IMG/VR virus record: IMGVR_UViG_3300015242_000254
Coordinates: 1-52,381 of that record
Source of the DNA: a virus
Taxonomy: Duplodnaviria > Caudoviricetes
Reading direction: 5' to 3' (one strand)
DNA length: 52,381 nt
Position numbers and translations under genes: made by a program. Of the stretch, positions 36,634 to 45,151 are shown one piece after another. The stretch's first letter is position 1. Each line of letters begins with the position of its first letter. The notes beneath the pieces were generated by a model. That model was given only the letters and a program-made list of their open reading frames with translations, ran no database searches and was not told where the DNA came from.

Positions 36634-36899
36634 TGGCGATGACGGTGGGCGAGTTGGTCGACTACTTGGTCGACCAGCCCAGGGACCGCTCGGTCGTACT
36701 GGCCAAGGATGCCGAGGGCAACGGCTACTCGCCGCTGTCCGCCGCCGAGGAGGCGATCTACGTTCCGGAGAGCACCTGGTCCGGGGAGATCTATCCGACG
36801 CCCGAGCAGATCGCGACCGAGAAGGATCCCGCCGACTGGTTCGACGGGTCGGGCGAGGAGGGCGCCGTGCGCGTGGTCCTGTTGGGGCCGGTGAACTGA
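36633..36899 (+). CDS. Hypothetical phage protein
   Basis: MTVGEL...VVLAKDAEGNGYSPL...VLLGPVN, a recurring small phage protein pattern. Confidence 0.75.
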   Translation: MAMTVGELVDYLVDQPRDRSVVLAKDAEGNGYSPLSAAEEAIYVPESTWSGEIYPTPEQIATEKDPADWFDGSGEEGAVRVVLLGPVN

Positions 36900-37195
36900 T
36901 GTTCGTTGCGCCGAAGAAGGTCGAGCCGCCGAAGTCGCTGCCCTACTGGCGGGCTCGCACCCAGTGCTGCAGCCAGGTCGAGAACATGTTCGGTGCCTGG
37001 CAGGTCAACAGCGGCGGCATCGTGCGCCGCTCGTTGGATTGGGCCACCCAGAAGCACGCGCACTGGCCCTACGCCCCGAAGACGCACCTGGACGAGATCA
37101 AGGCCGAGGCGCAGGCACGCGGATTCCACGTGGTGATCACCGGCGACCAGGTCGTCGTGTTCTGCCACGAGGGTGACCTCACGGTGGTCTGCTGA
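36899..37195 (+). CDS. Hypothetical protein
   Basis: TGATG-coupled at both ends. Confidence 0.7.
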   Translation: MFVAPKKVEPPKSLPYWRARTQCCSQVENMFGAWQVNSGGIVRRSLDWATQKHAHWPYAPKTHLDEIKAEAQARGFHVVITGDQVVVFCHEGDLTVVC

Positions 37196-37509
37196 TGGGC
37201 ATTCGCCGGTCCCTGGGTCAGGTCTCGATCGTTCGGCCGAAGCGTGAGCTGTCCAGCGGTCAGTCGATACGCCGCACGTACTACGACCTGGTGACGGCTG
37301 ACGACAAGGACGGCTACTGGCTGGTCAACTCCCGTGGCCAGCTCTCGGCGAACTGGAGCACCTACCAGGACATCCTGATCGATGCACCGGAGTCGTGGAC
37401 GATCGGTGAGTGGGACCGGCTCAGCGACGAGGTCCGCAAGATGATCCGAGAGGACCAGGCCGCCCGTCAGCGCGCCCAGGAGGGCGCTACGGACTCGACG
37501 GGCGCGTGA
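37195..37509 (+). CDS. Hypothetical protein
   Basis: TGATG and GTGA coupling. Confidence 0.65.
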   Translation: MGIRRSLGQVSIVRPKRELSSGQSIRRTYYDLVTADDKDGYWLVNSRGQLSANWSTYQDILIDAPESWTIGEWDRLSDEVRKMIREDQAARQRAQEGATDSTGA

Positions 37510-38264
37510 GGTCGCTCGTCCCCGTCGACATCGTCTCCGAGCAGCTCAGCCCGCCGGAGGGGGCCTTCTGGACGACTCCCGAGATGTACTCCGAACGCAC
37601 CGGCGAGCCGGGCTTCACGATCAACGAGGTGGCCCGGCTGTTCTTCGGCCGGTCGCGCCAGTGGCTGCGAAAGCACGTCTGGTACGGGCATCTGCTGATC
37701 GACGGGGAGGAAGTGATCATCCCCCGGGAGGCCGATACCGGGTATCTGCGCTGGCGTCTGTATGACATCGAGCGCACCGCGTTGGCCCTCACCCAGAGCG
37801 GCTACTTGCAAATCGGACAACTAGAACGTGTAATTGGCATTGTCAAGCTAGTAGCCCAGAACTACAACTACCTACTACCATCCCAACTTGAAACTCGGGT
37901 AATCCCAAGTAGCAAAAGGGTGAGACGGAGGGCACGTCCTATGGCTGTAGAAACGTTGACCGTGGTTCGCGACGATCTTGATGACTCCTCGGGAGCCACG
38001 ACCAGACGCTTCTCGGTCGAAGACGTGCACTACCGGATCGACCTGACCGACAAGAACTGGGAGCAGCTGCTCTCGGTGCTGCAGCCCTACATCGCCGTGG
38101 CGCAGCCGGACAAGCGGCGGCGCATCGCCACCCCCGAAGAGGTCTCCAAACGTGCAGACATCCGGGAGTGGGCCAAGAAGCGGGGCTACCAGGTCGGCGA
38201 GCGCGGACGGATTCCCTACACCATCGTCGACGAGTACAACTCGGCTCACAGGAAGAAGAACTGA
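37506..38264 (+). CDS. MerR/excisionase-like HTH protein reading in frame into Lsr2
   Basis: GTGA overlap start; FTINEVARLFFGRSRQWLR...RWRLYDIE; no stop before the Lsr2 domain. Confidence 0.65.
   Translation: MRSLVPVDIVSEQLSPPEGAFWTTPEMYSERTGEPGFTINEVARLFFGRSRQWLRKHVWYGHLLIDGEEVIIPREADTGYLRWRLYDIERTALALTQSGYLQIGQLERVIGIVKLVAQNYNYLLPSQLETRVIPSSKRVRRRARPMAVETLTVVRDDLDDSSGATTRRFSVEDVHYRIDLTDKNWEQLLSVLQPYIAVAQPDKRRRIATPEEVSKRADIREWAKKRGYQVGERGRIPYTIVDEYNSAHRKKN
37941..38264 (+). CDS. lsr2: Lsr2-like nucleoid-associated protein (internal start)
   Basis: GGAGGG RBS + ATG; DDLD...FSVEDVHYRIDL...IREWAKKRGYQVGERGRIP (RGR AT-hook). Confidence 0.88.
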   Translation: MAVETLTVVRDDLDDSSGATTRRFSVEDVHYRIDLTDKNWEQLLSVLQPYIAVAQPDKRRRIATPEEVSKRADIREWAKKRGYQVGERGRIPYTIVDEYNSAHRKKN

Positions 38265-38489
38265 ATGGCCAGGACCTCGATCCAGATCGAGCGCTACGAG
38301 TGTGACGGCTGCGGCACCATTGTCGATGGAGACGTCAACGGGCAGCTCGCCGAGGGTCTCCACTTCACCATCGTCAGGGTCGACGGTCTCGGCAACCAGG
38401 AGCAGGCCGACGGCTTCGCCTGCCGCCCGAGCCACCTCAAGAGCGCGGCGGAGTCGGCGCTGAAGAACGGCGACGACGTCGCCCCCTAG
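38265..38489 (+). CDS. Small hypothetical protein with CxxC
   Basis: YECDGCG...FACRPSH. Confidence 0.65.
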   Translation: MARTSIQIERYECDGCGTIVDGDVNGQLAEGLHFTIVRVDGLGNQEQADGFACRPSHLKSAAESALKNGDDVAP

Positions 38490-38491
38490 GG

Positions 38492-38523
38492 GTATCCACA
38501 GCTGTGTACAAGGCTGTGGAGAA
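38492..38523. promoter_or_regulatory. Cluster of three DnaA-box-like 9-mers
   Basis: GTATCCACA (+), TTGTACACA (-), TTCTCCACA (-); each one mismatch from TT(A/G)TCCACA; 2- and 3-nt spacing. Confidence 0.5.
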
Positions 38524-38546
38524 GCCCGGTCGGACCCGGCCGGGTA

Positions 38547-38603
38547 GCGGAGGCCAGGTTCGGCGGCCCGCTCAAGGGCCAGGGGTTCGAATCCCTACTC
38601 CGC
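38547..38603 (+). ncRNA. Candidate 57-nt mini tRNA-like cloverleaf
   Basis: GCGGAG/CTCCGC closing stem; GCC-AGGTTC-GGC; GGCCC-GCTCAA-GGGCC; GGGG-TTCGAAT-CCCT. Confidence 0.45.
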
Positions 38604-38605
38604 GC

Positions 38606-39457
38606 GTGACCACGATGATCGTCGACGGCAACAACCTCGCCATGCGCAGTTTCCACGCCGCGCAGGGCAAGATGAGCGCGGCCGGAGCCGACACCGGCGC
38701 GCTGCAGCTGTTCGTCAACAGCCTGTCCATGCACGTGCAGGACGAGATCCCCACCCGCCTGGTGATCTGCTGGGACGCGGGCAACAGCCAGATGAGACTG
38801 CGTCTCTACCCCGAGTACAAGGCCGCGCGTCGGGCCAAGGGCAGCTCGGACGGCGTCGAGCCGCACCATGAGCTGTTCGAGATCATCAAGCGCTTCCTCA
38901 GCCTGGCCGGGATCGCCCAGTGGCGCATGGCCGGGACCGAGGCTGACGACCTGATCGCGGCGGCCTGGCGCAGGCACCACCACACAGACAGGATGATCAT
39001 CCTGTCCTCGGACAAGGACCTGCTGCAGCTGCTGGACGCCAACACCACCCAGGTTCGCTTCGCCACCAAGGGGTCCGACCGGTGGACGCGCGACCGCTTC
39101 ATCGCCGAGAAAGGCTTCCGGCCGGAGCAGCTGCCGCTGGTCATGGCCTTGGAGGGCGACACCTCCGACGGCATCCCGGGCATGCGCGGCATCGGCCCGG
39201 TGAAGGCCCTGAAGATGCTGGTGGCGGCCAACTGGGACCTGGATCAAGCGATGCGACCGTACCCAGACCAGTACGCGATCGTTAAGACCTCACAGGCGCT
39301 GGTCGACCTGAACTGGGCGCCGGTCGAGGTCATCGATGTCCCCGAGTTCCATCCGCGTGATCGACCTGACTCCTGGAGAGAACTGCTTGCCTTCTGCGAT
39401 CACTACGAGCTGCGCACCATCAGGTCGCGCCTGGTGGCGGGAGATCTGTGGTCCTAG
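38606..39457 (+). CDS. 5'-3' exonuclease / flap endonuclease (Pol I N-terminal family)
   Basis: IVDGNN, CWD, YPEYKAAR, EADDLIA, SSDKDLLQL, LEGDTSDGIPGMRGIGP; start at 38606 or 38504. Confidence 0.92.
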   Translation: MTTMIVDGNNLAMRSFHAAQGKMSAAGADTGALQLFVNSLSMHVQDEIPTRLVICWDAGNSQMRLRLYPEYKAARRAKGSSDGVEPHHELFEIIKRFLSLAGIAQWRMAGTEADDLIAAAWRRHHHTDRMIILSSDKDLLQLLDANTTQVRFATKGSDRWTRDRFIAEKGFRPEQLPLVMALEGDTSDGIPGMRGIGPVKALKMLVAANWDLDQAMRPYPDQYAIVKTSQALVDLNWAPVEVIDVPEFHPRDRPDSWRELLAFCDHYELRTIRSRLVAGDLWS

Positions 39458-39525
39458 ATTCGGGATCGCTTCAAATGATGCGATCGGTCGACACGCCGTC
39501 GGTCGATGTGGTTGCCACGATGATC

Positions 39526-39666
39526 AGCCATCCGATACCGTTTGGCTCGGTGGCGACCTGCCGCTCGGTACATCGGGTGGGTTGACTCCGACTACTTGCG
39601 GCGGGCACTGCTCCGCCTACCGCTCTGCCTCGCTTATCTGGCCTGCGGGGCAGAGCGTTTCTTTTT
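39526..39666 (+). ncRNA. Candidate structured sRNA / leader RNA
   Basis: Within a 225-bp intergenic gap; stems AGCCA/TGGCT, GGTGGCG/CGCCTACC, CCTGCCGC/GCGGCGGG; ends in a terminator. Confidence 0.45.
39621..39666 (+). terminator. Intrinsic terminator with U-tract directly before the RBS of the Hfq-like gene
   Basis: CGCTCTGCCTCGC / GCGGGGCAGAGCG followed by TTTCTTTTT. Confidence 0.75.
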
Positions 39667-39682
39667 GAGGGGGACTGCTTCA

Positions 39683-40069
39683 GTGACCGTTGCCGCAGTG
39701 AAATCTGCTCCCGGCCAGCAGCAGCGTCCTGCGCTGCGCGACCTCGACACCACCGAGAAGCAGATCCTGTGGGCGGTCAAGTACGGCCGCAAGTGCACTT
39801 TCAATGTCTTCGACTTCGGTTCTATTACTGGATATGTAGCGGGCATGGACCGCTATAACTATTTCGTAGTGTGGATTGACGATGATCGGATAAGACAAGC
39901 GTTAATTCACAAGGGGTCTACGCCTGTGGTCGAGCTGCACGCAGATGCCACGCTCGACACGGAAGAGACCGAGTTGCTCAGGCAGAAGCTTCTTGACATC
40001 ATCTCCCCGTTCCGGGGTCACGTGCTGAAGCAGTACTTTCATCAGGCCCCATCCGCTCCCAGGGCGTGA
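39683..40069 (+). CDS. Hfq/Sm-like RNA-binding protein
   Basis: GAGGGGG RBS, GTG start; GSITGYVAGMDRYNYFV aligns by eye with Hfq Sm1 (GIKLQGQIESFDQFVILL) and QALIHKGSTPVV with Sm2 (QMVYKHAISTVV). Confidence 0.6.
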   Translation: MTVAAVKSAPGQQQRPALRDLDTTEKQILWAVKYGRKCTFNVFDFGSITGYVAGMDRYNYFVVWIDDDRIRQALIHKGSTPVVELHADATLDTEETELLRQKLLDIISPFRGHVLKQYFHQAPSAPRA

Positions 40070-40106
40070 CGCCAGCCATGCCGTACCTCCGATTGGAGAC
40101 GTCCTC

Positions 40107-40511
40107 GTGACCGACCAGCTCCTCTACTTCGAGCCAGACCTCACCGTCACGCAGGTCCAGGTGGCCTCCGTCGTTCCCCAGGTCACGGAACGGTTGGTGA
40201 TCAATACCCAGCCTCGGGAAGCTTTCAAGACCATGGCCGAGGACGTGTGGGGCTGGGAGGAGCTGCGCGACTACGTGGCCTTGGAGATCACGCAGCGGTT
40301 CGGCGTGTTCCCCCGGGACGGCAAGAAGGAGTGTGGGATCTTCAAGTCGTTCATGACGCGCTGGACAGACTCGATCGCCATCGCCCACTTCGCCTTCGAG
40401 ATCCACGACGGACGGTGGCGCGGAGCGCCGGTGCGTATGCAGCGGTTCTGCAAGAACTCAGACCCCTACTTCGCGTCGCCAATACACGACTACCTGATCA
40501 ACCACACATAG
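40107..40511 (+). CDS. Hypothetical protein in the replication module
   Basis: GGAG RBS; 134 aa. Confidence 0.7.
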   Translation: MTDQLLYFEPDLTVTQVQVASVVPQVTERLVINTQPREAFKTMAEDVWGWEELRDYVALEITQRFGVFPRDGKKECGIFKSFMTRWTDSIAIAHFAFEIHDGRWRGAPVRMQRFCKNSDPYFASPIHDYLINHT

Positions 40512-40562
40512 ACTCCCCGCACCTCACCAACCTGTTCTGACCTAACCCCACCGAGGTCATGA

Positions 40563-41405
40563 GTGCTGAAGCTTCCCGATCTGCCACCGCACGTGCAGAT
40601 GGTCGCCGACGAGGACAACGATCGGCTGATCACCAGCTTCTCGCTGCCCCGTCGACTGGACCAGTGCCCGACGTGCCACGGCGCCAAGCAGTTCCTCTTC
40701 TACGACGACATGCGCAAGCCGATCGATGAGCGCGAGGTCGTCCACTGGGAGTGCGCCTGCTACGAGCAGATCGTGCTGCAGCGTTACTTCCTCAACCACG
40801 GGATCGGCAGCGCCTACGCCCAGCTGTGGTGGGCTGACGCCGAGGGCGTCGACAACGCCTCCCAGGCGGCCGGTGCGGCCTACGCGAAGGACCTCGTCCG
40901 CAACGTCGACAGCGGCATCGGGCTCTACCTGCACGGGACGCACGGCAACGGCAAGAGCATGCTCGCCAGCCTGCTGCTCAAGATGGCACTCAAGACCGGC
41001 GTCGATGGCTACTGGATCACGCTCACCGAACTGCTCTCCCACTACCAAGAAACCTGGCGGGACAAGGGCTACCGGCAGTGGTTCGACCGGCGGATGCGCA
41101 ACGCGACCATGCTCGTGGTCGACGACATGGGACGCGAGTACGACGGACGCACCACGGCTGCCTCCACGATCGACACCATCTTCCGGACCAGAGCCCAGCA
41201 CGGGATGACCACGGTGATCACCACCAACCTGTCGGAGGACCAGTTCACCCAGCGCTACACCAAGGGCGTGACCTCGTTGGTCGAGGAGACCTGCGACCGC
41301 ATCCAGCTGACCGGCCCTGACTGGCGTTCGCTGCTGCGCGAGCGCAAGAAGATCGAACGCGACCTGCGTATCGACCGGCCGTTCACCTTCGGGACCTCGC
41401 GATGA
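40563..41405 (+). CDS. dnaC: DnaC/IstB-like AAA+ helicase loader
   Basis: CPTC...CAC, GLYLHGTHGNGKS, LVVDDMGRE, TVITTNL, GPDWR. Confidence 0.88.
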   Translation: MLKLPDLPPHVQMVADEDNDRLITSFSLPRRLDQCPTCHGAKQFLFYDDMRKPIDEREVVHWECACYEQIVLQRYFLNHGIGSAYAQLWWADAEGVDNASQAAGAAYAKDLVRNVDSGIGLYLHGTHGNGKSMLASLLLKMALKTGVDGYWITLTELLSHYQETWRDKGYRQWFDRRMRNATMLVVDDMGREYDGRTTAASTIDTIFRTRAQHGMTTVITTNLSEDQFTQRYTKGVTSLVEETCDRIQLTGPDWRSLLRERKKIERDLRIDRPFTFGTSR

Positions 41406-42739
41406 AGTACTCGGAGTCCGTACTCGCCGCGCATCTCACCAACGCCGACTCGTTGGACATCCTTGCCCGCGAGGGCTTCCTCTCCGAGCGCTCGCTCGAC
41501 GTCATTCCGACCGAGCTGCTGCGCACCCTGGTCACCTGGTCATTGGCCCGTTTCTTCGAGTCTGGTCGCAAGGTGGCGCCGTCCAAGACGGCGATCATCG
41601 AGAGCTTCGGGGACAAGATGGAGGCGCTCGGGATCGTCATCGACGACGACACCGAGACCGACACCGTGCAGTGGGCCATCGCCGACCTGCGTAGCTTCCA
41701 TCTACACCTGAAGGCCAGCGAGTGGTCCCAGCGTTTCGCGACCAACATCTACGACGCCGAGCCCGAGAAGCGCATCTCCGTCGCCCAGAACGACGCTCAG
41801 GAGCTGGAGCGGCTCATCGCGACCGCCCGCTCGCGCCGTAACGAGATGACCGGTCTGGAGGGGGTGGACGACGCGATCTTCCGGATGAAGGAACGTCAGT
41901 CGCTCGGTCAGCAGACCATGGGCCTGACCTTCGGCATGCCGCTGCTCGACCAGCACCTGTTCGGGGTGCACCCGGGTGAGATCTGCACCGTGGCCGGAGG
42001 GCCCGGCACCGGCAAGAGCTGGCTGGCCGGGTGGGTCGCCAACCATGAGTTCCGGTGCGGGCGCAAGCCGCTGTTGGTCACCCTGGAGAACGACGCCTTC
42101 ATGACCTTCGACCGGCTGGTGTGCATGGCTGCCGGGATCGACTACGAGTACTGGCAGCGCGGGCAGGTCCACGAAGGCCACATGATCCGGGTGGAGGCCT
42201 ACCGGGCCGAGATGGCCGCCAGCAAGCATCAGCCGGTCGTGGTGCAGCTCAGCCCCGAGGAGAGCACCCCGACGGCCATCGTGCGACGCGCCTCGATGGA
42301 AGACGCTGACTCGCTGATCGTGGACCAGCTTTCCTTCGTACGCCCGGACGCGAACAGCCGATCGGTGAAGCGCAACGAGCAGCTGGCAGACATCATGCGG
42401 TCCTTCGCGACCTTGATCAAACACGAGTACTCGCTCCCGCTCATCCTGCTCAGCCAGATCAACCGCGAGGGTGTGACCGCCGCCCGCAAGACCGGCCGCT
42501 ACTTCAAGGAGCATCTCGCCGAGGGAAGCTGGATCGAGCAGTCCTCCGACGTGGTGCTCGCGCTGTTCCAGTCAGACGTGATGGCCGAGATGGAGCATGC
42601 CCAGATCCAGCAGCTGAAGGGTCGTCGTACCGGCATCCGACACTTCGACACGATCTGGCGCCCCTACGTCGGCGACGTGCGGCTGCTGCGCGAGGTCACC
42701 CTGTCCGAGACACCGGCGCCCGAGGGGAAGGCCGCATGA
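41402..42739 (+). CDS. dnaB: DnaB-like replicative helicase
   Basis: GGPGTGKS, VTLE, IVDQL, LSQINREG, IEQSSDVV, KGR. Confidence 0.9.
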   Translation: MKYSESVLAAHLTNADSLDILAREGFLSERSLDVIPTELLRTLVTWSLARFFESGRKVAPSKTAIIESFGDKMEALGIVIDDDTETDTVQWAIADLRSFHLHLKASEWSQRFATNIYDAEPEKRISVAQNDAQELERLIATARSRRNEMTGLEGVDDAIFRMKERQSLGQQTMGLTFGMPLLDQHLFGVHPGEICTVAGGPGTGKSWLAGWVANHEFRCGRKPLLVTLENDAFMTFDRLVCMAAGIDYEYWQRGQVHEGHMIRVEAYRAEMAASKHQPVVVQLSPEESTPTAIVRRASMEDADSLIVDQLSFVRPDANSRSVKRNEQLADIMRSFATLIKHEYSLPLILLSQINREGVTAARKTGRYFKEHLAEGSWIEQSSDVVLALFQSDVMAEMEHAQIQQLKGRRTGIRHFDTIWRPYVGDVRLLREVTLSETPAPEGKAA

Positions 42740-42996
42740 ACTGGGAGGAGCGGATGGCTGGCCAGGCGCGGGCCAGGGAAGACGCCAGGCTGAAGGACGA
42801 ACGAGGGCGACCGGAGGACGACCCGCATTACGGCCACCACTCGCACCTGCGCGGGACCATGGTCAGCTGCTCGTGCGGCGAGCCCTATGGCATCACCTCG
42901 GTGGTCATATCCGAGGGCTACGACCCGGACGTGATCGTCTGCCACATCTGCGGCGCGCAGGGCTACGCCGGACTCCCGTGGGACGAGGACGCATGA
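42736..42996 (+). CDS. Small Cys-containing hypothetical protein
   Basis: ATGA coupling at both ends; CSCG and CHICG. Confidence 0.6.
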   Translation: MNWEERMAGQARAREDARLKDERGRPEDDPHYGHHSHLRGTMVSCSCGEPYGITSVVISEGYDPDVIVCHICGAQGYAGLPWDEDA

Positions 42997-44090
42997 CGAC
43001 CTTCACCTACGGGTTGCTGCCGGACGAGCTGAAACGTGAGCTGTGCGTCCAGCTCCTGACCGAGTTCGGGATCAGCGACTACGTCGAGACGACCAAGGGC
43101 GAGCTGCGGCATCGGTGCACTGTTCCGCTGGCCGGGCACACCGATCATGACTCGGTCACCGCGTCGCTGAACTACAAGAAGCTGACTTTCAACTGCTTCG
43201 TGTGCCAGAACGCGGGCGGCATCCTGTGGTGGATCGCGGTCAACCGCAAGGAGACCACCGAGGAGTCACGCGCGTGGCTGCACAAGACCTCCGGTGTCGG
43301 CGACGTCCTCGACAAGGATCTGTTCCTGCGGCTGCTCGATCAGCTGTTCTTCCCGCCCAAGCTGGAGACCACGCCGATGCCCAGCTACGGCGAGCAGACT
43401 CTCGCCCAGTGGTCGCACGAGCGCTGGGGCATGTTCCATCCCTATCTCACCGAGCCGTGGGAGCCGAACAACCAGGGCGGCCGGGAGTGCCCGGAGAAGA
43501 CCCTGCATCGCTACGAGATCGGCTACTGCGATCACGACGACGACTGGCGCTACTACCAGCGCATCATCATCCCCTTGCGCTGGAAGGGAAAACTCGTCGG
43601 CTGGCAGGCGCGCAAGCTCTCCCAGGACGATGACCCGGACCCGACCAAGTACAAGAACTCCCCGGAAGCACCGCGTGATCGCATCCTCTACGGAGACCTC
43701 GATCAGCGTGACCTGATCGTGGTCGAGAGCCCGCTGTCGGTGCTGCGCCACGACCACCACCTGCCGATCGTGGCCACCCTCGGGGCCAACGTCACCGACA
43801 TGCAGGTGCAGCTGATGCACGGCTACCGCCGGGTGATCCTCTGGTTCGACCCGGACAAGGGCGGCTGGGGCGCCTTGCAGGGCACCAAGAACTCACCCGG
43901 GCTGATCGAGCGGCTGAAGAACTACGTCGAGCTGGCGGTCGTGCCCAACACCTGGTCCAAGACCGACGCGGCCGATCTCACCGACGAGGAAGCCGAAGAA
44001 GAGGTCGAGCGCGCGGTGCCGTTCGTCTTGTGGAAGAGGCCAGAGCCAGACACCCTGATCCCCTACCGTCGCAGAGGAGCACTGCATTGA
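42993..44090 (+). CDS. DNA primase (Zn finger + TOPRIM)
   Basis: RC...HTD...FNCFVC; RIIIP...LVGWQAR; KYKNSP; VVES; WFDPDKGG; DAAD. Confidence 0.88.
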   Translation: MTTFTYGLLPDELKRELCVQLLTEFGISDYVETTKGELRHRCTVPLAGHTDHDSVTASLNYKKLTFNCFVCQNAGGILWWIAVNRKETTEESRAWLHKTSGVGDVLDKDLFLRLLDQLFFPPKLETTPMPSYGEQTLAQWSHERWGMFHPYLTEPWEPNNQGGRECPEKTLHRYEIGYCDHDDDWRYYQRIIIPLRWKGKLVGWQARKLSQDDDPDPTKYKNSPEAPRDRILYGDLDQRDLIVVESPLSVLRHDHHLPIVATLGANVTDMQVQLMHGYRRVILWFDPDKGGWGALQGTKNSPGLIERLKNYVELAVVPNTWSKTDAADLTDEEAEEEVERAVPFVLWKRPEPDTLIPYRRRGALH

Positions 44091-44596
44091 AGAAGATCAA
44101 GCCCATCAAGGGAGGTCGTCGGTGGGCGTTCATGCTGCGCGAGGACATCATGGATGCCGTTGAACCAGAGAAGGTCTACCTGCGCCGACTGCGGATTGTG
44201 CAGACGCCGTGGTTCGCGTGCTATCTGCACCGCATCTACCTGCCGGACCGCGATCGACACCCGCATGATCATCCGTGGCCGTTCCTGAGTCTCATCCTGC
44301 GCGGCGGCTACGACGAGACGATCTACTACACCGACGAAATCACCAACTCGCTGTTGATGAGCGACAAGGTCGTCTTCGCTCGCGATCGTCAGTGGCGCGT
44401 CGGCAGCATCCATTCGTTCCGCACCACCTGGGCGCACCAGATCACCATGATCAGGCCCGGCACGATCAGCTTGGTGGTCACCGGCCGTCGCTGCCGACAG
44501 TGGGGTTTCTGGGTCGAGGATGGCAAGTGGATCCCCTGGCCCGAGTACAACGCGGTGAAGCACGATCAGACCGAGCTTGATCCCTTCGAGGTGTGA
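44087..44596 (+). CDS. Cupin-fold (cysteine-dioxygenase-like) phage protein
   Basis: TTG start with GAGGAG RBS; YLHRI..PD...PHDHPW.F.SLILRGGYDE...HQI...WGF. Confidence 0.75.
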   Translation: MKKIKPIKGGRRWAFMLREDIMDAVEPEKVYLRRLRIVQTPWFACYLHRIYLPDRDRHPHDHPWPFLSLILRGGYDETIYYTDEITNSLLMSDKVVFARDRQWRVGSIHSFRTTWAHQITMIRPGTISLVVTGRRCRQWGFWVEDGKWIPWPEYNAVKHDQTELDPFEV

Positions 44597-44606
44597 GGAG
44601 ACACCG

Positions 44607-44759
44607 ATGGGTTTCTCGAAGTACGGCTCCGGAGACGGCGAGGTATTGCCGCCCGAGCCCACAGACGACGGCCTGACCAAACAGGCCGCCAAGCAGGCCA
44701 CGGACGATCCGTGGACCGATGATGACCAGCGCGAGCTGGAGAAGGAGAGCCAGAAATGA
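44607..44759 (+). CDS. Small acidic hypothetical protein (50 aa)
   Basis: GAGGAG RBS; ATGA coupling. Confidence 0.6.
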   Translation: MGFSKYGSGDGEVLPPEPTDDGLTKQAAKQATDDPWTDDDQRELEKESQK

Positions 44760-45151
44760 GCTTCAAGCTCATCACCACGATCGTCACCGACTCCGAGGAA
44801 GCGGCCAAGGCGCTGCGAGACAAGATCTCGGAGATCGTCGCGGAGGCCGAGCAGCGCATCCACGACATCGCGCACACCATCCACGAGGCTCTCCCGGGTG
44901 TGCAGGCGCAGGCCGACGAGGCGATCGATGAGGCGAAGGCCGCAGCAGACAAGGCGGCGCAGGAAGCCGCTGACGTGGCTGCCAACGTCGAGAATCGCAC
45001 CTCGGGCGTCGCAGACCACGACGTGACCTCTCCGGGTGGCGTGGAGGGCCTCAGCGGCCCGCAGCCGCCCGTCTCGGTCGAAGGCAACGTCTCCTTCAAC
45101 GCTCCGGTGAGCGAGGGCACGCTGCAGGCTGAGGGGCACGTGAGTGGGTAA
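44756..45151 (+). CDS. Hypothetical Ala/Glu-rich protein
   Basis: AAGGAG RBS; 131 aa. Confidence 0.65.
   Translation: MSFKLITTIVTDSEEAAKALRDKISEIVAEAEQRIHDIAHTIHEALPGVQAQADEAIDEAKAAADKAAQEAADVAANVENRTSGVADHDVTSPGGVEGLSGPQPPVSVEGNVSFNAPVSEGTLQAEGHVSG

Noticed and set aside
38570-38575. Opal-suppressor / selenocysteine tRNA (TCA in loop)
   Set aside because: The loop is 6 nt, the element is only 57 nt, and there is no long variable arm or CCA; kept only as a tRNA-like fold.
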